NCBI GenBank assembly: GCA_951406725.2
Contig: OX597843.1
Location: 19,282,001 to 19,346,000, forward strand
From: Octopus vulgaris
Lineage: Eukaryota
Length of the DNA: 64,000 nt
Direction of reading: 5' to 3'
Under the pieces are notes generated by a model that ran no database searches, was not told where the DNA came from, and worked only from the letters and a program-made list of their open reading frames with translations. The translations under genes were made by a program, and so were the position numbers. This document shows positions 35,891-48,850 of this stretch, piece after piece. Position 1 is the first letter of the stretch. Each line of letters starts with the position of its first letter.

Positions 35891-36690
35891 GAAAAAAAGA
35901 GTTGTGTTAAAAAGAATGTCACACATAAAGGTTCGTTTATAACTAAAAATTAAACAGATTAATGAAGAGAAAAACCTGTTTGTAATGAATGAAATACCAT
36001 TGGCAACACACATCAACATACAAACATCATAAACAAGGGACAACTGCTTTTCCGCAGATCTTTTTTTAGCAGATTATTGAAATTTCCAAGGTGAGTTAAT
36101 CCCTTTAGAAACAACACATCCAGCCACTTGATCAGTCCTTTATTTTATCAATCCCCAAAAGATGAAGAGCAAAGTCACTCTAGAATCTGAACTCAGAGCA
36201 TAGAAACAGAGGAAATACACTAAGCATTTTGTCAGGTGTGTTAACGATTCTGCTAGTTTGTTGCTTTCGCCCTGATGCAGAGAAACAGCAGCCAGTCCTG
36301 AAGAGACTTCCCAACACTACAGATATTATCCACCCATTTCATTCTTGGTCTACCCCTAAGTCTGCTGCCAGTTGGCTCGGTTGAAGAAGCTGTCTTGCAA
36401 TTCTGTTCACATGTCTGCAGAACCACAACTGTGACCTCTCATTTCAGAGAGACAGCAACTTCACCTGGCGGGGTGGGGACTCCCTGACACTATGAATATT
36501 ATCCAACCATCTTGCTCTAGGCCTACCCTCTAAGGACCCTGCTAGTTAGCTTGGCCTAAAGATTCCTGACCTGGAGAGACTCCCTTATCTCCAGGCTATG
36601 CACCCTGTCAAGTAACAATACTCCGGAAATCCTTCAGAGGAACCCCATTTTGGTTGTTTCTATTAATTAAAAGAAAAAAAACTAACTCAC

Positions 36691-36954
36691 ATAAAACATA
36701 TTGAGCAAGTCGTCTTTGTCCTTGTCTGAGACAGAAGCACTTTCGAAGAACTGTTTCATTATATGCTGCCCTTGAAAGTCACAGGCTAAATCCAGGAGGA
36801 TTTCAGCGGAGAGTTTAAGGAAACTGGACACAATGATTTGAGGGTTGGAGAACGTTAGTAACGTCTGGACTAACATTGATCCGTGGATGTCAATTGGGTG
36901 GGAGAGACTTGAATGCTGGCTTCCGCTCAGGATGTTGTCGGCTGTTTCTGATAC
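36691..36954 (-). CDS. NOP9: NOP9 exon
   Basis: IHGSMLVQTLLTFSNP..LLDLACDFQGQHIM..SASVS; TTTCAG acceptor, GTGAGT donor; 264 nt, phase 0 to 0. Confidence 0.9.
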
Positions 36955-37329
36955 CTGAAAATAAAATATGCACACATCATCATCATCATCATGTCCACTT
37001 TACAATACTTACATGGGTCAGATTTTCCTACATCCAAATGTTGACCTTCACCAGTTTCCAAGCAAGGAAACATTTCCTCATAGCTTGTATAACAGCAAGA
37101 CTCATTTACAACAACCATTTGATCTCAAGACAAGAAGACACAAAAAAACATCCAAATCATGCAATAAAGCCAGCTGGATAGTAAAGATCACCATGCTGGT
37201 GCCTTGTTACAAGCCCCCATGCTGGTGGTATGTAAAAAGTACCCATACTGGTGCCGCATAAAAATCACCAGTGCCAGTGCCGCATAAAAAGCACCCAATA
37301 CACTGTAAAGGGCTGGTGTTAGGAATGGC

Positions 37330-38232
37330 ATCATCATCGTTTAGCGTCCGCTTTCCATGCTGGCATGGGTTGGACGGTTCAACTGGGGTCTGTGAAGCTA
37401 GAAGGCTGCATCAGGCCCAGTCTTATCTGGCGATGTTTCTACGGCTGGATGCCCTTCCTAACGCCAACCACTCCGCGAGTGTAGTGGGTGCTTTTACGTG
37501 CCACCCGCACAGGTGCCAGACAGAGCTGGCAAACGGCCACGAACGGATGGTGCTTTTACGTGTCACCGGCACGGGGGCCAGGCGATGCTGGCAACGGACA
37601 CGAACGGATGGTGCTTTTACGTGCCACTGACACGGGGGCCAGGCGAGGCTGGCAAACGGCCACGAACGGATGGTGCTTTTACGTGTCACCGGCACGGGGG
37701 CCAGGCGATGCTGGCAAACGGCCACGAACGGATGGTGCTTTTACGTGTCACCGGCACGGGGGCCAGGCGATGCTGGCAAATGGCCACGAACAGATGGTGC
37801 TTTTACGTGTCACCGGCACGGGGGCCAGGCGATGCTGGCAAACGGCCACGAACGGATGGTGCTTTTACGTGTCACCGGCACGGGGCCAGGCGATGCTGGC
37901 AAACGGCCACGAACGGATGGTGCTTTTATGTGCCACCGACACGGGGCCAGACAGAGCTGGCAAACAGCCACGAACGGATGGTGCTTTTACGTGTCACCGG
38001 CACGGGGGCCAGGCGATGCTGGCAACGGACACGCACGGATGGTGCTTTTATGTGCCACCGACACGGGGCCAGACAGAGCTGGCAAACAGCCACGAACGGA
38101 TGGTGCTTTTACGTGTCACCGGCACGGGGGCCAGGCGATGCTGGCAACGGACACGCACGGATGGTGCTTTTACGTGCCACCCGCACAGGTGCCAGACAGA
38201 GCTGGCAAACGGCCACGAACGGATGGTGCTTT
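37330..38232 (-). mobile_element. RTE LINE 3' UTR with ~12 copies of a 60-62-bp CpG-rich repeat, nested in an oppositely oriented 3'-UTR remnant (~37170-38360)
   Basis: Same terminus and repeat unit as 12130-12970. Confidence 0.8.
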
Positions 38233-38870
38233 AGTCATAGAAACTATGGCTAAACAAACAATTGGAGCCCAGCGCAGCACTCTGGCTTGCCAGCTCCTGT
38301 CAAACCATCCAACCCATGCCAGCATGGAAAACAGACATTAGATGATGATGATGATGATGCATCACTGAAATTTCAGAAAATGCAGCTTTCATCCTGGAAA
38401 AATCCCTTTATGAACATTTTGTGTTAAAAAAGTACAACAAACTTCAGAGTTGAGTGAAAAGAAATCAACCCCGAAATGATCAGGACAAGGGTAGATATGC
38501 ATTTCACTGTTGTTGCCACCAATCAATGTGATGATGTGCTCATATTACTTCTGAAACAAATTTTGAATCAACTAATCTGAGGTAAATACAGATTGTGTAT
38601 AAACTATATAATGGCTTTCTTTCAGTTTCCCTCTATCAAAAAAAACTTGCAAAGCTTTGGTTGACCCAAGTTTATAGGGTAAGGAACTTTACCCAGGGTA
38701 CCACACAGTGGGACTGAACCTGAAACCATATGGTTGGACAGTAAGCCTCTTAAGCTCACTCCCATGCTTGTGTCCATGTGGGAGCATGTGTGTGGAGGAG
38801 GGGGACTTGCATGGGAAGGCGGCTGCTAGACTTACATGTGAAAAAAGGAAAAGAAAACAGGGTTAGAGTT

Positions 38871-39372
38871 CTGTGGCTGAGAGGTGAACATTCCATGGGT
38901 AAATCTTTGGTCCCCCGGGATATACAAAGGGATCTGTGGTTGAGAGGTGAACATTCCATGGGTAAATCTTTGGTCCCCCGGGATATACAAAGGGATCTGT
39001 GGTTGAGAGGTGAACATTCCATGGGTAAATCTTTGGTCCCCCGGGATATACAAAGGGATCTGTGGTTGAGAGGTGAACATTCCATGGGTAAATCTTTGGT
39101 CCCCCGGGATATACAAAGGGATCTGTGGTTGAGAGGTGAACATTCCATGGGTAAATCTTTGGTCCCCCGGTATATACAAAGGGATCTGTGGTTGAGAGGT
39201 GAACATTCCATGGGTAAATCTTTGGTCCCCCGGGATATACAAAGGGATCTGTGGTTGAGAGGTGAACATTCCATGGGTAAATCTTTGGTCCCCCGGGATA
39301 TACAAAGGGATCTGTGGTTGAGAGGTGAACATTCCATGGGTAAATCTTTGGTCCCCCGGGATATACAAAGGG
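38871..39372. repeat. 63-bp minisatellite x 8, nearly perfect
   Basis: CTGTGGTTGAGAGGTGAACATTCCATGGGTAAATCTTTGGTCCCCCGGGATATACAAAGGGAT. Confidence 0.95.
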
Positions 39373-39957
39373 GCCCGAAATAGCCCTGCTTGCCCAGGTT
39401 AGCACTTTAGAGAAGATAGTCCAAGTTGAACTGTCTACATTTGATGACTCTTTTCCCTGCTACTCTACAGCTTTAGCCTTGTAGGACCCTTCAAACTCCA
39501 CCCCACGCCTGCATTCGAGGAGTGATCCCACTGACCAACCAAAGCGTATGGCCTAGTGGTTAGGGCATCGCACTCACAGTTACTAGACGTGGGTTCAATT
39601 CCCAGATGCATTGTGTTCCTGAACAAAGCACTTCATTTCGCATTACTCCTGTCCACTCCGCTGGCAAACTGGAGTAACCCGGTGACAGACAAGTGTCCTG
39701 TCCTGGGAGGGATATATACACAAGAGAAACCATAAAACTGGATCTATGCACCTGACCTAGTAACCCCCACCCTCTCATCCATCACCTTCCCCTATGCCTT
39801 TCCCACTTCCTCTTCACTTCTGTCACCTTTACATGACTTGACCACTTCCTCCCAGTTCTCTTAGCGGTGACGGCGGTTGTCATGGTGATCACTACAGTGG
39901 TAGCATTGTTGCATTGCTATGGAATAAATGCTTTAATCTGAAATTGGCAATACTTAC

Positions 39958-40077
39958 AGTGTTGGTGCCAGCACCGTCAGAATCGAAGTATATGTCGTAG
40001 GTCTTCATGGCCAACAAAAGCAGGACAAAATCTTTTCTCTTTTCTTCCTCGGAGCAGTGAAACGCATTCAATAAGGA
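39958..40077 (-). CDS. NOP9: NOP9 exon (not in the ORF track)
   Basis: SLLNAFHCSEEEKRKDFVLLLLAMKTYDIYFDSDGAGTNT carries the NOP9-like LL.AFHC motif; GACAG acceptor, GTAAGT donor; 120 nt. Confidence 0.9.
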
Positions 40078-40182
40078 CTGTCAAAGAAAACAGAACAAAA
40101 TTAAAGGATGTAAAGTCACTTTGATGTTGTGGTTATCCCAGCCAAATAGTTTAGAGCAAACTAGGTTCTGTTTTAGATTATA

Positions 40183-40567
40183 CTAGCAGTATCGCCCGGC
40201 GTTGCTCAGGTTTGTAAGGGAAATAACTATAAAGCATTTTTAGAGAGTTATAGCCAAAAAATAGCAAAAAAATGGAAAAAAATGATGGTAAATTTTTTTT
40301 TGAGAGTTAAAAAAAGGATGGAGTTGTGTCCCCTAGACAGTTTGTGGTTCGTGTTTCTGATTCTCGACCCCATGTCGAATTTATCGATTTTTTTCAGAAC
40401 TGGGGAAACTTTTCAAAATTTTGGCTGCGTTAGTTTTGAATTATGACATTGGGCTATGTGTGTGTCAAGTTTCATCAGAATCGGTTGAAAGCCGTGGTCA
40501 GGGTGAGGGTACAAGCAAACAGACACACAGAAACACGCAGACAAACTGCCGTTTATATATAGAGAGA
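40183..40567 (-). mobile_element. Non-autonomous Helitron (same type as 34407)
   Basis: Hairpin+CTAG and TC ends. Confidence 0.8.
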
Positions 40568-40752
40568 TACAAGAGTCAGCTGGAAAGTTCATAGACTGAC
40601 CAACACAATCTCATGCAATGTCACCAAATGAGGTTTATTTTTCAATATACATACATCACACACACATATATACAGTGATTCATAAATATATATATATATA
40701 TAAAACAATGATAAATCTCAGAGCGAGTTATAAACAGTAGCGGTAACACATC

Positions 40753-40980
40753 GTGTTGCATATTTGCCATTTGAATATGGCTAACCCATAAGGGTAGATG
40801 CTACTGTAGTTTGTAGCCCCAGGAAGATACCTCCTCCAGCTGGCCATAGACACACTATAGGACACAGGACACAGATAGTGTGTCTATGGCCAGCTGGAGG
40901 AGGTATCTTCCTGGGGCTACAAACTACAGTAGCATCCACCCTTATGGGTTAGCCATATTCAAATGGCAAATATGCAACAC
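40753..40980. repeat. Near-perfect palindrome (106-bp arms, 16-nt loop)
   Basis: One mismatch seen between arms; loop AGGACACAGGACACAG. Confidence 0.95.
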
Positions 40981-41999
40981 TATATATATAAATTTATGTA
41001 TGTATGGGATGAGGTGGTGAAGCACAATCCTTTAATATTTGGGCCTCACATAAGCAAAGACAAGCAACTGAGATTTTTGGAGATAAGCCGTGCGTGAGGA
41101 AGACCCATGAAGCCAAGTGGGATCGTAGTTGTGGTCGATGCCAGTGTCACATGACTGGCCCGTTAAAAGCCCCCTTCAATTGTTGGACAATATGCTGTAC
41201 TTGTGAAGACCTGTCAAGCCGAGTGAAATTGTAGTTGTAGCTGATGTTAGTGCAGTCTGGCTGGCACCTGTGCCAGTGGCACGTAAAAAAGCACTGTTCA
41301 TGCATTGGGCCTGACGGAGGCAGTGACAGGTGACCAAGCCCCTTGGCAATATACCAAGCTTGTGCTGACCTGTCAGACCAAGTGAGACTGTTGTTGAGGA
41401 TGATGCTGGTGGCATCTCGGAATGGTTGCCGTTGGGGAGGGCATCGAGCAATAGAAACACTGCCGAATCAGAATGGAATCTGGTGCAGCTCCCCCCACAC
41501 CACCCCACCTTACCAGTTTTCAGTCAAACTGTCCAACCCATGCCAGCACAGAAAGCAGATATTAAATGATGATGATTGTGCATATATTCCTTTCAGTTTC
41601 CCTTCTATCAATCCCACTTGCAAAGTTTTGGTCATCCCAGGGCTATAATGGAAGATATTTGGCAAAGTGCCAAGCAGTGGGACTGAACCCATGACAACAG
41701 GCTATGTCACCAACACAAGAACAACCAGAACAATAACAAAACAACATCATCATCATCATTAATAATAATAACACTGCATAATAAAATTTTTATTATTATT
41801 CGTCTTTGGTCAATAAGTGTTATTTCTTATTTGATTTTATCTGGAAACCAAAGGAAATGACTTCTATTCCCTTCAAACTTTGCTTTTATGATCAGGACAT
41901 CAATATTTTCAAACTGGCCTAATTGCCATTACATTTCATACAGATTCACTGCTGAGTTGCTGAAGCAGAAATATCGTTACAGAAAATATTCTGCTCAAT

Positions 42000-42415
42000 A
42001 CCTATTTCTTTACTACTCACAAGGGGCTAAACACAGAGGGGACAAACAAGGACACACAAACGGATTAAGTCGATTACATCGACCCCAGTGCGTAACTGGT
42101 ACTTAATTTATCGACCCTGAAAGGATGAAAGGCAAAGTCGACCTCGGCGGAATTTGAACTTAGAACGTAACAGCAGACGAAATACTTATTTCCTTACTAC
42201 CCACAAGGGGCTAAACACAGAGGGGACAAACAAGGACACACAAACGGATTAAGTCGATTACATCGACCCCAGTGCGTAACTGGTACTTAATTTATCGACC
42301 CCGAAAGGATGAAAGGCAAAGTCGACCTCGGCGGAATTTGAACTCAGAACGTAGCGGCAGACGAAATACCGCTAAGCAATTCGCCCAGCATACTAACGTT
42401 TCTGCCAGCTCGCCA
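42000..42415 (-). mobile_element. SINE family B with duplicated 3' part
   Basis: Two tandem Deu/Nin-like segments, one head. Confidence 0.8.
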
Positions 42416-42681
42416 CCTGCTCAATACCACAGGTGCTTGACCCTAACCACTTGAGCATGTCCCTTAGTGGCTGATAATCTGTGTATCTCTGATGGTGAGC
42501 AGGATTAGAGGGGGAGCACGATAGCCCTGTGTCGAGAGGGATAAATAAATATTGTAACAAAAGTTTGAAGACAATATTCTCCATTTTTATCTACTTTCTG
42601 GAGGTCAGCAAATATGAAATAACAGCGGCTACTGAAAGACAAAAATCCCGTCCCACCGTGGGGTGAGGATATTCTACTCAC

Positions 42682-42810
42682 ATTAACAAATTTCTTCTGT
42701 TTGCAACCAAACTTTTGGCAGATGTTTGCCAAACTCTTGATGATCCCCATGTGATTAAGGGCCAGGATGTCTTCAATGTAAGGTTCCAGCTCAGCATAGA
42801 TCACCTTCAG
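42682..42810 (-). CDS. NOP9: NOP9 exon
   Basis: LKVIYAELEPYIEDILALNHMGIIKSLANICQKFGCKQKKFVN; TTGCAG / GTGAGT; 129 nt, phase 0 to 0. Confidence 0.9.
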
Positions 42811-43379
42811 CTGCAATGATGAATTAACAAATTATCACTAATTAATTAATAAATGAAGTAACAAAGATTTTCAAATAGGAGCAGAAATGGTTATGTGGTT
42901 AAGATGTTTGCTCCTCAACTACATGGTTGTGGGTTCAGTCCCACTGCATGGCTACAGCCTTGGGGCTGACAATTGCCTTATGAATGGATATGGTAGATGG
43001 AAAACTGGCACACACACACACACACACACACACAAACATATCAGACTCACTCGTCTCCATTCATGCATAAATACCCATCATTCTCACATACACACACATG
43101 CATCAGGTGGTAGTTAGCATGCTGGGCGAAATACTTAGCGGTATTTCGTCTGTCTTTACATTCTGAGTTCAAATTCTGCCGAGGTTGACATTGCCTTTCA
43201 TCCTTTAGGGGTTGATAAATTAAATTGCATACTGGGGGTCAATTTAATAGACTGGCTCCCCCTCCTCCCCCAAAATGTCGGGCCTTGTGCCTAGAAGAGA
43301 CAAGAATACACACACGCTTGCACACCTTAGCATGTTGGGACCACCATTATTATCTCCCTTTAATTCAACCTTTTTTTTT

Positions 43380-43578
43380 TCCCTAATCATTTGCCATGTT
43401 GAACCACTGAACTCCCTAATCATTTGCCATGTTGAACCACTGAACTCCCTAATCATTTGCCATGTTGAACCACTGAACTCCCTAATCATTTGCCATGTTG
43501 AACCACTGAACTCCCTAATCATTTGTCATGTTGAACCACTGAACTCCCTAATCATTTGCCATGTTGAACCACTGAACT
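43380..43578. repeat. 33-bp minisatellite x 6
   Basis: TCCCTAATCATTTGCCATGTTGAACCACTGAAC. Confidence 0.95.
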
Positions 43579-44182
43579 CTACAGTTATTCTCTCCCCATG
43601 TTTTTCCTTCTCTTTGTATTTATTTCCCCTTATTCTTTTCTGTCAAAGAGTTGCTTTTGAAATATGATTCCCAACTACATGGTTCCAGGTTCAGTCCCAC
43701 CACATGGCACCTTGGGCAAGTGTCTTCAACCTCAGGCCAACCAAAGTGGATTTGGCAAACGGAAAGTGAAAGACTGTTTAGTGGCTTATATACACACACA
43801 CAAGCAAAATGCACCCCTTGTCCAATGGACGGTGCTGAGTTGTCAAACATTTAAACCAAATTTTCTCGAAACCATTTGTCCAACTGTCCCATTTTGTGGC
43901 ATTATTTCAGGCCAGCCGGCTTTTTTGCACAAACTGCAATTGCATTTTTCTTGCGTACGCGTAGTATCGATCGCAACAGCTGATGTACTTGCACATACAA
44001 ATGCACGTTAACACAGCTTTATCGTTTGCATTCTCGCCTGGGATCGATTTTTGTAATTTTTTCAAGATTTATACGCACCCTGATACCGTCGGTATCTACA
44101 TATCAAATTTAAGTGCAATTAGATGGAGAATGCCCGAGATCCTAGAAGACACACAGACAGACAGAACGGATTTTATATAATA

Positions 44183-44621
44183 CTAGCAGCATAACCTGGC
44201 GTTGCCCGGGTATGTAAGAGCCCCTAGTAGGCAACGACTAATCCCAATCTAGTCCTTTCCCTCTAGGGAACGAAGGCGCATGTGTAGGTCGCAATGTCTT
44301 CTCTTCACTCGAATACTTCTGTGTATACGATGTTCCTAGCTGTCCTTTTGGGCGAAAACATGAAAACATCATCGCGCCTCCCAGTGCGCGAACAGCCCAG
44401 AAAATGTGTTGCATATAAAAAGCTTAGATTCTCGACCCCATATCGAATTTATCGATTTTTTCAGAACTGGAGGAACTTTCAAAATTTTCGCTGCGTTAGT
44501 TTTGAATTATGACATTGGGCTATGTGTGTGTCAAGTTTCATCAGAATCGGTTGAAAGCCGTGGTCAGGGTGAGGGTACAACCTGACAGACACACAGACAG
44601 ACAAACTGCCGTTTATATAGA
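44183..44621 (-). mobile_element. Non-autonomous Helitron (variant 3' end)
   Basis: CCCGGGCAACGCCAGG hairpin + CTAG; 5' end shared with 34407 and 40183. Confidence 0.78.
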
Positions 44622-45375
44622 TATATATATATATATCTTTTCGATGCCCCCATTGGCGGCGTTATACTTATCTTGCTTATAAATAACGCTTATAAATAAT
44701 ACCTGCACCCGGTTACTCTACTTATATGAAAATAGCCCTAGGAAACAAATTCTGAAAAAGCTTTTAATAGAAATATGATTAGCCATTGCAAGGGGAATTA
44801 CTCCTGGGAGATGAATGGGGTTTTGTTTTTGTTTTTGTTTTTGTTTTTGACGACGGGGGGTTTCTTTGACAAGGCATGATTAGACGAACACACGCACACA
44901 TAAAATATTTTTCTGCCGCCCGACGGATTTTACAGCAGTGACCATTGTGTAGAGCTGTTTACCAACTGACGGCCGCGCGATCAAACGCACACACGTACAC
45001 ATAAAATATTTTCTACCCCTTGACGGATTTCTCAGCAGTGACCAGAATGTAGCGCTTCTTACCAACTTGCGGCCGCACACAAATATAGAACAGTACACAC
45101 ACACATGTCTCTAAGTAGATTTTGTCTCGCCCCATATAATACACCTAATATTCTTTAAATAGTCAGAACTTTAGTCTCGGTCACAAAGAACATCTACGCA
45201 CTCCGTGCCCTCACCCACCGGAATGACCGCTGCCTGACCCGTTAAAATCCTCAATGCACTCACCACCAGTTTTCAACATACATTGATAAACAGTTTGGCC
45301 ATGGGCTCTTAGGAGCCTCGTTCGATTTGTTTTGCTCCGCCTCTGTTCTGTTTTTGTTTATTCCAACGGATTTCC

Positions 45376-45468
45376 TATTTCTTCCTGAAGAGAAAGACAC
45401 AATATGGTCTCATTATTCATTCGGAATTTGGTCAATTGTGCCTTTCGAAACACGTGTAGAATGAAATA
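45376..45468 (+). ncRNA. Type I hammerhead ribozyme motif with palindromic stem III
   Basis: TATTTCTTC-CTGAAGA-GAAAGACACAAT..ATTGTGCCTTTC-GAAA-CACGT-GTA-GAATGAAATA. Confidence 0.75.
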
Positions 45469-45672
45469 AAACGATTTCTGTTCAATCTTCGTTCAACTCC
45501 ATTTCTTCAATTCACTAATAATATTAAAATTCAATTATCCGCACCAACGCACGGTTGCAACACCATATGGTTGTACATCCAACCGTGCTGTCTTCTGCTG
45601 TGATTTTTGCTACCAAGGTATCGGTTAAACTTTTGATTAATCTGCAACAAGATTATTCATCTTTCTATTTCA

Positions 45673-45719
<47 letters not shown>

Positions 45720-46552
45720 CAGAGTGAGAGAGAAAAATAAAAAGAAAGGCAGTTTAGAAAATCTGGTAAAAACTCATAGAAGACAGAAAAGTGTGGCCAG
45801 GAAGTGTCTCTAGAGATTTTCTAAGCTGTTTCCACAGCCTTTCTGCATCCAAGAATTCATTATTTTCTCTCTCTGCTTATTTCTGTGTTCCTTTCTGTTG
45901 AAGAGCATAGGCTCGAAACGTAAAAGACTTTCTCGCTTTCCGAGTGTTAAACTAATACATCTGTTTGTTGTTTACACAGCCGTCTTCATCTGTTTGTTTT
46001 GTTTTGTTTTTTCTTGTAAATTCCAACTATATATATATATATATATATATATCTTAGTTGAAGAGCAGGCATCACAGCAATTTGCTGTACTTGAGAAGAC
46101 CTGTCAGGACACACAAACTTGCAGTCATCCATACATACAGGCCTGTCCTTTACAGGTGCCGGTGCTATGTAAACGTACCCAAGCTGGTGGCACATGAAAA
46201 GCACCCAGTCCTCACTCTGTAAAATGATTGACATTAAAAAAGGGATCCAGCTGTAGAAACTATGCCACAAGAGACAATTGGAGCCTGGCCAGCTCCCTGG
46301 CTGGACAGTCAACTTATGCTAACATGGAAAGCAGACATTAAGCAATGATGATGATGGTTTGTGGCCTAGTGGTTAGGGTACTGCACTCACAATCACTAGA
46401 TCCAGGGATCAGTTCCTGGACCAGACGGCATGTTGTGTTCTTGAGCGAAACAGTTCTCTTTGTGTTGTTGTGTGGGAACCAACAGGTCAAAGAACAGAAC
46501 CAATGTTTTCTCAGTATGTAGTAAAAGACGACTAAAAGAGATTGAGGCAAGA

Positions 46553-46848
46553 CTTGCGCTCCAACCTTGTGAAGCTCTCACCAGCCAAGACTACTCAAAC
46601 AGACCCACAGGCTGCAGGGTTGTTGCCTGGGTGATGCAGAGGTGTCACCAGAAGGTTGGGAGTAGAAGCGAATCACTAACAAATGCTGGATGCAGTGACA
46701 TTTGCGCTCCAACCTTGTGAAGCTCTCACCAGCCAAGACTACTCAAACAGACCCACAGGCTGCAGGGTTGTTGCCTGGGTGATGCAGAGGTGTCACCAGC
46801 AGGTTGGGAGTAGAAGCGAATCACTAACAAATGCTGGATGCAGTGACA
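46553..46848. repeat. 148-bp tandem duplication
   Basis: Units at 46553 and 46701, near identical. Confidence 0.9.
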
Positions 46849-46889
46849 TGCTGTTCAGGGCACGACTCTATACTACAATTACTATTACT

Positions 46890-47748
46890 ATATACGTGGA
46901 AGAGATCATTAGAAGAAGTAGACAGCTTCTGTTACATAAGGGACCAAGTTAGCAGTGGTGGAGGGAGTTCTCAAAGTGTAGTTGCTAAGATAAGAACAGA
47001 CTGGGCAAAGTTCAGTGAGCTACGTTTGTTGGTAACTAATGGCCTCTCCCTTAGGGGCAGATTGTATGGTGCCTGTGTACGTACGGCTATGTTACATGAC
47101 AGTGAAACATGGGCTGTGACTAAAGGGGACTTCTGAAGGGCTGAAAGTAATGAAGCTGGTATGCTCCACTGGACTGTGTAATAGCAGTGTGCATGTGTGA
47201 CTGAGTGTAAGTGGATTAAGAGGAAAACTGGGTATGAGAGGCCTCGGGTGTTGTGAGCCAGACAGAAGAAGGCTGTGCTGGTTTGGTCATGTGATACATG
47301 TGGATGGAGAGAGCTGTGTAAAGAAGTGCTGAGTTCTAATTACGGAGGGAACCTGTGGAAGGAATAGACCCAGGAAAATGTGGGACGAAGTGTTGGGAAA
47401 GCTCTTTGGACTCTAGGTTTCACAGAGGAAATCACAAAGGACCAGAGGTGGTGGATTTGCTGTACTTGATAAGACACATCAAGCTAAGTAAAATGGCTGC
47501 ACACATCCAGGTGTGTCCCTTCAGGTGCCACTTGAAAAGCAACCATGTCAGTGCTGCGTAAACAACCCCATGCCAGTGGCACGTAAAAACCACTCTGTTA
47601 AGGGATTGGCATTAGGAAGGACACCCAGCTGTAAAAACCGATTCCACAAGAGACAATTGGAGCCTGGACAGCTCTCCAGCCTCGCCATCTCCATGTCAAA
47701 CCATCCAACCCATGCCAGCATGGAAAGCAGATGCTAAATGATGATGAT
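46890..47748 (+). mobile_element. Decayed RTE LINE 3' fragment
   Basis: LEEVDSFCY..WAKFSEL..RLYGACVRTAMLHDSETW; (GAT)n tail. Confidence 0.75.
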
Positions 47749-48299
47749 ATATATATATTTATCCTTCTAAGACAGAATAAAGTTGTTGGCAAGCAGCTGT
47801 GGGAGAGAAACCTGTGCCCCTCGACCCTCAGATACCAAACTGCTAAATTATGAGGACATAAACAAACCAACATACATATGGAAGCTACCTGCTGGCAACT
47901 TTTTTCCCTCTTATAGGGGTAAACACATAATCTTTCTGCTGTTTTCATAGCTTTACTGTGTCTGAAATTTACTTTCTTTACCATCAAACTAAATGACCCC
48001 ATAGCAACAGATACTGTCCACTTTAAAGCTAAATAATAGCTTTTTCGAATGCGGCAACGGTTTCTTAACAAACTCTGACAGCATCAAATGTGTTTGAGAA
48101 GAAGTAGATTTCAAACACAGTAAAGGTGTGAAAACAGCAGAAAGGTTGGATATTTACCCTTATAAGGGGGAAAGAAGTTGTCTTCGTGTTTACGTTTGTA
48201 CCTCCGTTGAGAGACAACACAACTGGTATTGGTTTGTTTATGACCTTGTAACATAGCAGTTTGGTAAACAAGACCAATAGAATAAGTACCAAGCTTTAA

Positions 48300-48518
48300 C
48301 CCTTTAGTGTTCAGATTATTCTATCAAACATAATGCTTATTGATTCCCATTGATTCGAATTAATCATGCATTATCTCATATCTTCAAGATCTTGATGGTG
48401 TAATTACTTAATATAGAATAACATTGTAGGGTAGGTGTGAGAGCCTGGATCTGGTCAGTTTGAATATAAAATAGATTAAATATTTTGGCCGGATATGGCC
48501 GGTTTAAATACTAAAGGG
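48300..48518. mobile_element. piggyBac-like MITE
   Basis: TTAA|CCCTTTAGT...ACTAAAGGG|TTAA. Confidence 0.75.
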
Positions 48519-48660
48519 TTAAAGGACAAAAATAAGTAGTGGTGTTGATTTTGTTTGACTAAGAAAAACTCTTCAAAGCAGTGCTCCAGCATGGCCACGG
48601 TCCAGTGAGTGATAAGAGAACAAAATGATAGAATTGCTTGTTGATTGTCCGGTGACTCAC

Positions 48661-48850
48661 CATGCCTTTGTTGACACAGCGGTCAATGACAAGATGCAGG
48701 ACATAGCTGGACACACCATTGACGGCGTAAGCTATCAGCCGGTCCTTGAATGAACATTCGTACCACGTCAGGTAGGCAGAGTTGGAACAGCTTCGTAGCA
48801 GCTCCTCAGCAAGGTAACTGGCAACAGGATTCATCATCAGATCAGGCAAC
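48661..48850 (-). CDS. NOP9: NOP9 exon
   Basis: LPDLMMNPVASYLAEELL..FKDRLIAYAVNGVSSYVLHLVID; TTTGCAG / GTGAGT; phase 2 to 0. Confidence 0.9.

Noticed and set aside
37488-38341. Three overlapping 220-250-aa ORFs (also 12178-12990, 38756-39405, 31315-31842)
   Set aside because: Artefacts of stop-poor tandem repeats; no splice or homology support
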